A stretch of 63,069 nt of DNA, the filler included, from Intoshia linei (taxonomy: Eukaryota > Animalia > Orthonectida), in the NCBI GenBank assembly GCA_001642005.1. It is 5 parts of 5 records of this genome, joined end to end, with 100 filler letters (N's around TTAATTAATTAA, not from the genome) between each part and the next. Parts side by side here need not be neighbours in the genome. Positions count along the whole stretch, not along the records: positions 1 to 31,050 come from LWCA01000344.1; 4 more parts are not named here. One strand, written 5' to 3'. A program made the translations under genes and the position numbers. Below the pieces are notes generated by a model. That model did not search any database. It was not told the DNA's origin and saw only the letters and a program-made list of their open reading frames with translations. Positions 12,908 to 26,220 of the stretch are shown here, piece by piece (the stretch's first letter is position 1; each line of letters begins with the position of its first letter).

Positions 12908-14324
12908 AATTTTATTTTAATTAACGCAATGAAAATGAAAATAAACTTGTAAAAATAAATACAACGCTCAATTAATTAATTATCTTATTTACATTTTTGA
13001 CGTGTGCCGTCAAAAATCTAGACTCAAAATACATATAGTTAAATTTTAGCACGCGAATTAAATTATTAATATTTATATTCATAATAGCATTTTATTGGAA
13101 TAAATGGGACCTATTTATTTGTCAAAATGCATTCTCGTTAATAAAAAAAGTGACAATACATTTAACCACAGGGTATTTACTGTTAATGAAACAGTATACA
13201 CTATATATCGTTAACCATGGATATTATCATTGTTTCTGACAAATCATGTTGACACTAATAACATCAACATTGTTACAAGTAGATGTATACTAGAAAAATA
13301 TGTTCAAGTAGTAATATCATTTGTTTAATTACAAACGGCGTTGACAAAGACATTCGATTACGTTCAGCCAGGATGTTAATTTCTTATTTATCAACATGTA
13401 ATTTGGCGCAAGCAACACAAGTCAACGACACTTGACCAATAATTAAACCGCGTAATTACATATTTTCACAAACATTCAATATAACGTTACATACGTACGA
13501 ATGAAAGATGTAAAAATAAAATTAATAAAAATATTTATTATATATAAATATTTAGTATATCCAATATGTCAATTGTATGTCAAATAATTATAATATACTA
13601 TATAATAAATAAAAAATTATAATTAACTAAAATTAAAAGTATCAAATGCCGCGGGCTGTAGTATGAGTCACAATTTGTGACAAACACTTTTATACGTCAA
13701 TAATTATCAAGTAACAGTTAAATTTAGAATAAAAAATAGTAGTCCCAATAAGTGGTTATGATTTCCCGGGAAATTTAAAAAAATTAAAAAATATATAATA
13801 AATCATAATAATCTTATAAAATACAGAAATTATTCAATGAATAAACGTAAATATAATGAAGGTTAAAAAAATTGCTCTTTTTTTCTTTAACCTATAAAAA
13901 GGTGTTTTCATTAAAAAACTTAGAATAATTTTGCATATTTAACAATTATAAACTGCTGGAAAATCTATGGGATACCTAAGAAATATTCGATTACTTTTTT
14001 GTTTGATGGATAAATGTGATGATTTTTATATGGGAAGATTAAATAAATATTTACACATCAGAACTTCTAACTACCAGACACATTTAATCAGTTCAATTTC
14101 TATAAAATTGAAAAACAAACTAAGTATCCATTTTTTTTGAAAAAAGCTGTCTTATAATTTATATTTGATATTTTTAAATTGATAAATAATATTGATTTTA
14201 ATACAAATAAATGTATATGTTTTAATATTGTATAGTAGTATCATCTTGATAAAAGCACTTGGAAAAAAATTAAATAAACCCGAAAAGGCACAAATTAATT
14301 ATCAACTAAACATCTATATCATTT

Positions 14325-14658
14325 TTTCTCAACTGGGGTCGCGGCCGTTAGGGGTCGTGAAATTTCTCAGGGGGTCGCAAATTTTTATAAATTATTTGAT
14401 TGTTTAGTTTTATTTTTTGTGAGGCATATTCATTTGAACGAAATTAAAGAAGAATTCTTATTTTGTACTAAACTCTTTTCAAATAGAAAAACAATGGATA
14501 TTTATAAAAAAATTGATGACTTTTTTATTGAAAGAAATTTAAATTGGAACGATATATGCAGTGTTTCTACTGATGGTGCACCCGCTATGCTTAGGACAAA
14601 ATCTGGTTTTCAAATAAAAATAAAATTTCCTTCTGTTACTTTAGTTAATTTTAATTAA
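14325..14658 (+). pseudogene. hAT (Charlie/Buster, ZBED5-like) transposase fragment with adjacent terminal sequence
   Basis: EIKEEFLFC...LNWNDICSVSTDGAPAM motif, preceded by TTTCTCAACTGGGGTCGCG, which resembles a hAT terminus. Confidence 0.8.
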
Positions 14659-15132
14659 TTTACTTAATTTTAGTCAAAATAATAGATTAACAAAATTTTT
14701 ACCTCCGTTGTAAAAAGATGTTTATTATTATTTATTATTTATTATTTTCCGTATATAATTACATTCTAATATGTAAAATAAATAAATTATCTCATTTACA
14801 TTGTTAATTAAAAGTTTACACCTGATTAAATTAGTTAGCAGTATTAACTAACACATTAATCGGTATCCACAAAAGAAATGAATTTTTAAATGATAATTAA
14901 TGAGTAATATTATCCAAAACAACACATTGTTTATCAAGTGTTAAAAACGTAAAAATTTCAATCATTGTAAAATTTTTTGATATATACACTGTATATTATA
15001 CTGCTTAAATACAGTATTTTATCTACAATGCGCTAATCCTCCACATTGCAATACATTTTTTGGAAAATTTTATTCTAAATTATCATAACTGTAGTATAAT
15101 AAATATATATAATTATACTGTATTATTATTAT

Positions 15133-15197
15133 CAGGGCAGTGAATAGCCAGCAGTAGGTTCAGGCCATATGGCCCCTAGCCCCTGTCTACGGCCCTC
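15133..15197. mobile_element. 65-bp minimal hAT-like MITE
   Basis: GC-rich island with imperfect TIR CAGGGCAGT / ACGGCCCTC and 8-bp direct flanks ATTATTAT. Confidence 0.65.
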
Positions 15198-17215
15198 ATT
15201 ATTATACTGTATTATAAGTACATTGCAATTTACAAGTATAAAAAAATTAATGTTGTACAAAAAATTGGATTAATGGTTATTGTTTATCTAATTTGTTAAA
15301 TTCTGTACCATATAAAAATTTTAACACGTCCTAAAATTTGCGTACTAGAGAGAATAGTGTATTTTCCATTTTCTCATCAAAAATTTATCCTCGTTGGAAA
15401 TAATCAAAAAAAAATACATAATGTATGTGAATTAGGGCGGAAACAAACCTAACAAGCTCGATGTCACAGAAAATTAAAAATATATCCCCTTTTTTTTTGT
15501 AAATTAGTGATATGATTACTCAATTCTTCTCTATAATTAGTAATTACAGCCTTTTTAAAATATTAATAAAATAATATTGACATTGTGATAAATGAATATG
15601 AGAACATATACATTATATATCAAAGTTTATTTTAACAAATGTATAATATACATGTAGAAATCCAGACAACTACTTTATTTAACATTTCTAATGACCTTCA
15701 TATACACCTATTTATGAATTTTTTCGAAATTTAGATGTATTTTTAAAAAAAGTCTGGACGTGATGCAGAAAACTGATTTAACCGTCTTGTTCAAAATAAA
15801 AATCTTTTCCAGGTCTACTAAACGTAACTAATAAATTGAATTCTAATAAAGTTGTTTTTTTGTTGGACTGTGTCATTATTATATCTAGAATCTAGATTCT
15901 AGATCATTAGAAAGTTTTTATTACATAATTAGTTCTCATATTCTATTTTGGAAAAATGTAAAATTTTTATTATGCTAAATTATTTTTTTCATCCAACCCA
16001 CAAGTCAAATAGTTTGATTACAGCTGCTCTATCGCAATTTAAATTCTAAAATTTATCAAAAAAATAACACTAAATTCACAATAACTTGATATTGCATATA
16101 ATTAATATTATTTTAAATTACCTTATATTAAAACATTCCTTGCAATTCAATTTGACTCAAAATGAAAATTTTACAATTCTAAATTAAAAATTCAATAAAA
16201 TGAAATAATTATAATATTGCCTGTAATACATTAAAACGAAAATACCGCCAAATAAATTTTTATCAATATATTAATGTACAATATCACCTACAAAAATAAA
16301 TAATCACATAAAAGAGATAGTGTCCATGGTAAATTAAAATGACATTACCTGTCATCATTTTTTTAAATTAGCGTAATTAAAAAATTCATATATTCACTTT
16401 TTATTTCAAATGATAATAATTTTAAATTTTTGTTATGAATTTGTAAATTAATGCAAAATATTAAGGTATAATATAAATTTATAAATATAAATTCATTATC
16501 ATTTACTTTTTAGATTAAATTATAAAATTTACGTAATAATTTCATTTGCCGTAAATAATTTATTTTCTTTTACTTAAATTTGTTAATCTTTAGGGTTTAT
16601 TATATAGTTTATAGCATTCAACATGCACGTATCACGCATCAAACATGATGGATAAAATACACGAAAAAAAATTAGAAAAAAACAAAAAAGGATAAAATTG
16701 GATAAAAAGGTTAACATTTCAAATTAAAATGCATTACATTACAAATATTGGTAACGATTTCATGAAAATTTGAGTAATTATAAGTTAACAATCACAATTC
16801 ACTAATTTACAAGTCTTGAGCGAGATGTGCTAAAATGTATCCTAAATGAGTTAATATTTAGCCATTTTATTTATTAATTTAAGAAAAATCAACAAATTCT
16901 ATGCTTAAAGTCAAGTTACTTGATTTAAATGAACATTAATAATATAGGCGTGTCAATTATACACTAACTAACGAGACAATTAAAAATATGACAGTATCCA
17001 ATTCAAGTACATAACCGTATCGATATAACGCCTATTGTTTCATGCTTAAGTAGTTTAGGATAAAACCAAAACATGTTCATTTATTATTAATGTGAATTGA
17101 ATCTGGTTTATATTCAAAATATTAAAAAATTTGCAAAGTTTACAAATTCTATTCACGATTTATACATATAAAAAAAGTAATTTTACATTTTTAAAGATTT
17201 TATATATTCTAATAG

Positions 17216-18135
17216 ATAAATATGGGATTTATAAGAAGTTTAAGTAAAATGAATACCAAAATAAAGGCACCAATGCAAAATTATAGAAAATCATTTATTA
17301 AATTACCGAAAATTGGAAATGATGCAAAAATTATGAATTTAAATGAAATGTCTGAAAATAAAGAAAATATATTTATTTCTACACCAAAACAATCAAATAG
17401 TAATTTTGATGGTATTGGTAGCGAAAAGTATATATTTCAAGAAAATAAAATGGTTAGATCTACTTCCAAAAAAATTTTGAAATCTATTAAACAAGTAATT
17501 AGAAAATTGTAGATATTTAGAGTTAAAATATATATTTTAAATTATGTTTTTGTATAATTAATTTTAAATACTTTTTTGGTTTTTTTTTTATTTGTTTATT
17601 AATTTAGAGAATGCGTCAAAAATCAAAAGACCGAAAAACAAAGACCCACAAAAATGGCGTTCAAAAACCATTAAAAATTAATAAATTAAAAAATAAAAGC
17701 CCTTTATCAATTGCACCGAAAATTAATATAGAAAAAAATATGTAATTATATTTTTTATTTTATTATTTACATTGTACAATGTTAATTGTGCATTTATTAT
17801 TTATTTTTTTTATTAATTGTCCAAATTAATGACACTGCAAAAATAAGTTGTAATATTTTCATTTTAGTGAATCAATGACCAATAATGAAATTAAACACGA
17901 ACTAAAAAATGTTACAGAAAAATTAAAACTCCTCAGTGAAAAAATTGACTGTGTTATTGAAAAGGAAGTTTTTTCAATTAGACAAAAATCTACACCAATG
18001 CATGACCATTTTAATTCAAACAAAAGTACTAGTATACCGAATTCTATTAAAAGACCAAATCGACCAGTTATGGGAATTGGTCTATATCCTCCTACTCCTC
18101 AATTACACATGTCCAAAAAATTGTTTCGAATTTAA
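17216..18135 (+). CDS. Hypothetical multi-exon Lys/Ser-rich protein (5' end uncertain)
   Basis: Three exon-like segments (about 17216-17494, 17608-17741, 17868-18135) bounded by AG/GT. No motif recognised. Confidence 0.45.
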
Positions 18136-19189
18136 AATATTTATATTAATACATTGTTATTCTCATGTATGCTAATTTAACACGTTTGCGCATTTTTAAA
18201 CGATGGTACGTGAAATTGATTGAAAAAATTTTAATCTCCAAGAATCTGAAATTGCGTGATAAATGGATTTTCATTTATCAAATTGTAAGCGTTAATTTTA
18301 TAAAGTACTTGAATTGAGTCACATTTAAGTACATTTATGTGAAATCTTGATGCCATTAAATTGCAATGTAATTTGATATTTTTGTCAAATTGACCAGTTA
18401 ATCTTAAATGTCATCACTTTAAGTCTCTATTATCCGTAATTAGTCAATAAATCACTATAATTCGATTAATAATCATTAAGCAAAGATTGTATCGAATGGT
18501 TCATTTAAAAATTTTTTATTTTTGTTCTGTAATGTTTACGTTTACGTTAACTGTAACGTTACAAATTTATAAATTGTTGGTTTAATAGAGGTGGTTATTT
18601 ATTTGAGACCACTTGTAAATGTCACAAACTACTTTAAAATATTAATTATACTTGAAAAATTATTACCGAGACAAATACATGTATTTGAGATAAGGATAAT
18701 GATTGCGTTACTCATACGAGTTGCACATTGTATAATTTTTATAATTATTAATGTATTCGAGTTAATATTCTTTCACGTGCTAATCTAATATTTTTTGTAT
18801 ACATATGATAACGACTTTTAGTGTTTAGAGTACATGGTATTACAGTACTATGTTAATGATAGAATTAACTCTGTGGGAAAGTGAAAACTTTGTTTTTATC
18901 TTCTTTCATCTAATTGTAAACGGCGATACAGCTGATAAGAGTTTTAGTTCTATTTACAAAATATTAAATTAATTATTCATCAATGATCAAACAATTTTAA
19001 ATTATAATTATTCATTTCCTGTTTAAAACTTTTTAATTTGTTTCTTTATGCAAATAAGATTAAAACAAATTACAAATTAATAATTCACTATATGATGTTA
19101 TTATTATTGTATTTAAAATTTTATTGAAGAGTAATTGAAATTAACATTGCAGGAAAAACATACATTTTTATTGATATTATTGATTTTAA

Positions 19190-19895
19190 AACAATTTTGA
19201 ATTTTTTTTGAATTTTCTAAAGGCTTTTTGGATATACACTGACTTGTTTATTTATATTTAAATTGGATTTAAAAATAAGTAATTAAATAATCATGTACAA
19301 TTGTACATTGGGTTTTTGACCCTGAAAAACTCAATGTATGAAAATGTAACTTGCAGAAAAACATTAATCTGACAAAACTGTATTAAAAATTAAGTAAAAA
19401 GTGTTTTTTTAAAATTAAATTGATGATAATATTCATGATTTTAAAATCCGTATGAGACCGTATTTTTCGGAGTATAAGGCGCACCCTGTATAAAAAAACA
19501 ATTTACAACACAAAATTCACACATAAGGCGCATTGGTGGATAAGGCGCGAGAAATTTTATGAAGAGAAGTTTTAAAAAATTAAGAATCAAATGATACAAT
19601 ATATAGTTAGAAAAAAATTTCCCCTTGCAAAATTCTCATATAAGGCGCATTCCTAATTTTTCATGCAAAAGTGTGTGCCTTATACTCCGAAAAATACGGT
19701 ATTTTTTTTAAAATTCTCGAATTGGGCTTTTTGAACCGTAAGATGTAAGTTTGGGAAATTGAAATTTATTTTGCTAACACTCCGGAAAAAACTGTAATTA
19801 AAATGTGGACTTTATAAAATTCTAAAACTGGTAGTTATTGAAATAAATAGGAACACACACAAACAAATATTGCATAGCATATGATATAAGTAAGA
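19190..19895 (-). mobile_element. Helitron-like family copy (partial, reverse)
   Basis: Reverse-complement similarity to 8166-8380 and 48240-48500, including the 5' terminus. Confidence 0.7.
19458..19699. mobile_element. Tc2/pogo-type MITE inserted in the Helitron-like copy
   Basis: TIR CCGTATTTTTCGGAGTATAAGGC / GCCTTATACTCCGAAAAATACGG. TA on the right flank, GA on the left. Internal repeats of ATAAGGCGC. Confidence 0.85.
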
Positions 19896-22573
19896 ATATT
19901 CATGTATTATATGCCTACATTCAGAGCCGTCTTAAGCCACTGCGTGGAATATATGGTACAAAATTTGCGATATCCAGGAAAAATATCAAATTACCTACTC
20001 GTTGATAAATACCCAAAGGTTTGGAATGACTAATTTAGAAGAAGAGAAAAGGCATTTAAAACACATTTTAGTGGTGGACAGGGGCTAGGTACCATATTGC
20101 TAGGGCCTAATATTGTTAATTTATTAATAGGTAATGTTGGAAAATTTCTTAACTATGTAAAAATTACGATGACCAATGCGATTTCCAACTGTTATTTTAA
20201 ATTTTTAGGTAATATACGATCGATTAAACAATGTATAAACGTCCAAATTCTAAAAAAAATTATTATATGGGCCTACTGCTGGATCTCTACGGACCTGGTT
20301 GTCTGTATTGTTTAGATGTCTAAAAGACCTCTAAAAGGCATTTCAGGTACAAAATTATTATCAATAATATTTATTAATAGTAAATTCTGTTTTGCGAAAA
20401 TGTATAATGTTAAGGTAAAATTTAAAAAGCTTTTTTTGTAGATTTTACAGAAAAACAAAATTTTTTGAATTTGAAATTTATCTCAATTTCTGAAGCGAAA
20501 AAAACTGATGAGGAATTTTTGTTTTTTAAATTTTAAATCATATAATGGGTGACCAAAATCTATACAAAAATATATACAAATAAATTTTAATAATGGCATA
20601 AATAAAATACAAATCAGTGATTTTCAACCGATGTGTATTAAATATATTAAATTAAAAAATGAATCGATAAAAAATTAATGTTTCTACTATGCTATTTCTA
20701 CTATTAATAACATTCACATATTGTTTTGGGATCTACAAAAAACGACTTTTCAAATTTGAACACTACATTAATGATTTGATAAAATAGAAGGTTAGTAGGA
20801 TTACACGTAAATTATAATAAGTTAACCCATCCAAATTTATTTATTGAAAAGTTTTAACAAAAGCGAACCTATTTGAGACCTCTTTTATTGACACTGAAAA
20901 TGCCTACATGTGTTTGAAACGCATTTTCGCGTATTCTATATAGAAAAAAATTAAGGAGCGGGGGAATATTTTTTATTTTATGTAGAAGCGCTGTGTGAAA
21001 AAGGTTAGGAATCACTGATCTAATGCGATTATGGCAATTTTATTTTCGTGTTGAAAATGCACACTAGTAGTATTTTTTCTTGAAAAACTCATAACTGTTG
21101 TACACTTCAAAAAATCATAAAAGAAGTAGATTCCATGAATAAACGAGGTTCACTATCGTGTCTATAATTATAGATATTATAATATAAGTAATTTAAGTAT
21201 TATATCTCTTTATTTCTAACTTCACAAAGAGAGAAAAAAACACAAAATGGACGTATAATTTTTATCATTGAAATCTACAAGTTTTGTGAATTAATCATTG
21301 TTCATTCTATTGAAAAATGTATTTAATTTTCTCTCATATAGATAAAAAATATAGCTTTGGTTTCAATTGGAGGGTTAAGTAATAATTTTTTAATTAGAAA
21401 ACACACCAAAAAATAATTTTCGAATATAATCTCAAAATAAACACACCAAAGTTTAGTTGATTGGCACCTTTGATCTAATGTCTATATTTTTATGTGTCCA
21501 CAGCACAGTGACACGCACGGCACGGTCTACAGTGAAAAATGTATTAAAATATAAATTAATATTTATAAAATAATTAATTTGTGACTACTTAAAATAATGA
21601 AATAATTTTAAGCACAACCTAGGCTGGGCAAAAACCTCATAAAATGTAAATTAAGTTGAAAATGTATAATTCTACGTACAATCACTTTATATTTAATTTC
21701 ACAATTGTCAAATTTTCTAAATAAAGAAACATACAACGTAATTATATTTAAAATTTATGTAGGAAAACAATTATTCATCAATACTCTATTTAACAGTTAT
21801 AATTAAATGGCTTAATTTCACGAAAATACCCTTGAGCAATAAACAAACATCAATTAATAGTTGAACTGTTGCAATAAATTCGAGTAAATAACCAGCGTCA
21901 TACTAATTATCTCGAAAAATTAATCCTCAGCTTGTGACAATGGAATCAACCATCAACTGGTATTGTTGTAACACGTTTAATTCTTGTCACTTTGAGAAAT
22001 ATCTATTGATGTTTAATCCTATGGATTAAGAATAAATTAAAATGTATGAATAAAGTCGGGATAAGAAAGATAAACAATTGTTCTTAAGGGTAAAAATACC
22101 GTTCTAAAAACGTTAAAATGAAAAAGTAAGACTACTGTAGCTAAAAAACATACTTGTACAATAAATTCAAATAAATATTAGTTCATTTGCCCGGAATCGA
22201 GATATTCAGAAAACTTGAAACTAATGAAACACATTGTCCAATAATCTGCGCTTCAATTTTGACACACGCTGTGCTATTCTCACTAGTCGATATAGTCCAC
22301 ATGGACCACTCCCAAATGAGTTATATTGACCATTTTAGTTGCATTTAACCCATAATTTACATCTCAGAATTTATAATTACATTCGCATTTATCAAAGATA
22401 TCAAAGTCAATATTATATTAATAAAGTCAATTAACATTAACTGAAATAATATTCAACGGCAAAGTCAATTTCCATTGAAATATAAATCAAATGAAACTCA
22501 ATACATTTACGGCGAAAAATGGTAAAAATTTAATAAATAAAAGATTTGATACAAAGTAAAACTTTCATAATCG

Positions 22574-25500
22574 TTATAAAAGCCTAAAAATGTATAAACA
22601 TATTAAGTAAACACGTATGCATTACTTTTCAATCATAGGGTCTCTTAAAGATTCACTAATTTCCACATTGTTATGATCGTCCAGATTAAATATTGACTCG
22701 ATAACAGCCATTTCAGTGGCGGTAGTTTTCAATCCACAAAAACCAACCCAATCGTTAACTACCAATCCAGCTCCAATTAAATCACAACCAGAATTCAGTG
22801 TTCCGGACTAATAACTTTTTTAAATTTAAAAAAAACAATATTACCAATAAGGGTAATCCTAATAATTCAGACAACTCTTTTCGTTCGTCCAATTTAATTG
22901 CAGAATGTAACTATAATAGATATTATATAAAAGATATGCTCACATTTTTAATTTTTAATTAAAATGTAATTCTAGTAAATTGACCAATGATCACTGCACC
23001 GCTAGATTTAAGACTCAAATTACAAAATCATATTATAAAATAAACTCTACCAATCCACCCTTGTTAGATAAAACTCCGTAGGATCCAGCCAAAACGTTGC
23101 TACCAATAGTGTGTCTGAACACTTCTACTCCCAAAACATCACATATATCTTCCTCGGTTTCCTAATACAATTGAATATAATAGAATAAAATATTTTATAT
23201 AGGGTGTTCCTTATAGATATATTACACATATAGGGTGTATAGCGCCCACTAGGAAATAAATGATACATTTTGGTAATAATTATAAATAAAAAAATTTCCC
23301 CAATTATCTTGTCATCTTCAAAAATCTGCATAGTCAATATAAAAGTTTTTCTTAAATTATATTCTTAATTAATTCTTCATTAATTAAATAAATTAACTAT
23401 TATGAATAGTTTTTAACTAAATTATCCATAAAAAGGTCTCATATTTCAAATCTGACAGCTTCATTGAATTTTATAAATAAAACTTAATCGAATGAATACC
23501 AAATACATTGAAACAATTTAAAAATGCACAATTTTACATTATTAAATACGTACTTATCTACGAGTCACTGTAAAACAGTGGTTCCCGATTCAAATAGTGT
23601 ACGGTCACCCATTTAAAAATATTAATTTTTTTTACCCAAAAGGAACCATCCAATATATAACATTTATGAAAAAATTAAAGATTTCTTCTCATAAGTGTAG
23701 TATTAGATTGGAAGTATTAAACAATATAAGTTTCAAATTTTATATATAATAATTTTAAATCTATTAACAATCAGTAACAACTATAGTTTACTTTATGTAA
23801 CTGTACAGTTAATATGGTAACATTACAATAATATTTGATAAAATTGTGTTTTTCAAAAAAATATTAAAAAAAGGTGATTTTTCTATTAATTTAGGTTGGT
23901 AAAATTATTTTTTTATTTTGGGTTTTGTATTAAGAAGTTGCTTTTGCGCTGTGGACCCCTAAGATGATATTACAAAAAACATGTGGATCCCAAAAAAATT
24001 AATAATAATTACAATTTTTAATGAATCATTAGATTTGTGTGAAACGAATAATGACCAAATAAGATGGAGTACTCTAGTTTTTCGAAATGATAAAGTTGAT
24101 GAACTATTAATATTAAACAAATTTTTAAATTTCAATACTAACGTTATTATTCAACTTCACAATATATGCAGATAAGCAATCATAGGAAGAAAAAATGTCG
24201 ACCCTAATCAATTTTAGTTTATTTGAATTAATTTATGTCTAAAAATCACAAACATGAAGTCACTTTTTCATAGTTAACGTCATATTTTAAAATCGTAAAT
24301 CTTTTTTTTTAAAACCAAAATCAGTTTTATTTGTTTACTTCTTTGAATAAACGACTTTATTATTTGAAAATATGACGTTAATTAAAGAAAAAATGACTTT
24401 ATGTACTGAAAATGTCTATAATATGTAATAATGTGTATAATTTTCATGGACCCCCAAAAAAGTGCTGTGGACCCCGTTGAGAGAGGCCGATCTGTGATTC
24501 TTAAAAGTTAAGACATGAAAAAAAAATTTTATAAACCTTTGAAATTTCATGATGAACAAGAGCAACGTAATCGTTGTTTAAAATCATATTTCCGAGAGCA
24601 GTATATCTTTCGTTTATACGCTTGACACGTACTCCATCAGGCATAGAATTAGTAATATGTTTCAGTTCATTGTCTGTAGTAATATGTGGTAATAACAGTC
24701 CTTTACTGTTTCCTTAAATAATTACATTACATTACAAACAAATTAAATAATTCTTAAAATTATTATTTTTACCACAGTTTCTGAGATAAAAACATAACAG
24801 TAGACGCTCGAAAAGTGACCACCTCGAACGGGTGACCACTTTTTTAGATGCTATAACAAAACAATACTAATGAAAATTAATTTTACTACTAAAAGTGACC
24901 ACTAAATATGAAATAGAAACTACAATACCAAAAAAATGTATTTCTCCAAATTTTTTTTAAGTTGACCTAGTAATTTAACTTTAATGGTCCAATTTAACAA
25001 AATTTGGGAACCCTTGATATTGTATAACATGCCGTTCCGGTTCGATAGAATAGAAATAAAGCTAATTTAGTTAAAGTCACAAGCTAACCAATATCTCCAA
25101 ACAATCAACCCAACAAAAAATTGTGAAACTTTTTGAAAATTAGAAATTATTTTTTTGTCAACCCCATTTAGCGAAAAATTTACCTATACTGATTGATAAG
25201 CAGCAAATACGTATTCAAAAATATACCAATACACATTCTTCCAATAATTTTGGTGTTGTTAATTAATGCATTGAAAACTGGTATTTCTGGAGGTAATTCT
25301 GATTCAAATGTACTAATATAATATTGAATTAAATTATTTACAAAAAATATATATCAATGTGTCCAATGGACACTTTCCATAATCATTGACAGTGAGATAA
25401 AAAAATAATTTCAAAAAATGTAATTTAATTTAATTTTTTTATATATTCATTTTAAATTTATAGACTAAGTTTTAATTTAGGTCTAGCAGAAACTATCATG

Positions 25501-25769
25501 TTTTGTTACTAAATCCTGAAATGTAAAATTAATCAACCATCTGTGATGTTACCTATTATTATTTAATGAGTTGAATTTTGTCTTTTTAAAATCAACAAAG
25601 AGACAAAAAGAATCAAAATAAAAGAATAAATAAAATAAAGTTTTAAATTACACTAATTGTACCTGTAAAAATTTTGAGAATCTGCAATTCCAACTAAGCA
25701 ATATTTGTTGGTCAATTTTGAAAAAACACCAATTTCTGAACTTCCCTCACAATGAGTTTTGACAATCAT
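22574..25769 (-). CDS. EIF6: Eukaryotic translation initiation factor 6
   Basis: Seven exons (25769-25663, 25312-25227, 24712-24537, 23161-23051, 22910-22845, 22807-22626, 22583-22574) give [15 protein letters not shown]...IIGRMCIGN...[17 protein letters not shown]...EVFRHTIG...[11 protein letters not shown]...[13 protein letters not shown]. Confidence 0.97.
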
Positions 25770-26220
25770 GCAGTATATTTAATAAGTAATGATAATTAAG
25801 TTTAAAAAAAAACTGTCATGGTTATAAAGTTTAAACTAATAAATTTTAAATTTACAAATTTTTATACAAGTAATTTGGGATCAATTCCCATAACTTCCCC
25901 AGGATGAATATAGGCTACATCGATCAAGTTTTATAATTATAAATAATTATAATTTAAAAAACACAAGTACAACAGTACACAAGTTCAATACACAGTTATA
26001 CATGATGTAATAAGTATAATATTACAGCTGCTACTGCACTGTTCGACGACAGTATATTATAATTCAAATATTAATATTTTATTTCCATTTTACGAATTTA
26101 CCAACCCATACTGTTTACAATTTGTATGGAACTATTCTAACTTGTGTTATTTGTTGAAACTATTGATTATTTAGTTAATTTTCTATCAAGTCAATAAAGT
26201 TTATTTTCTCAAAATTATAA

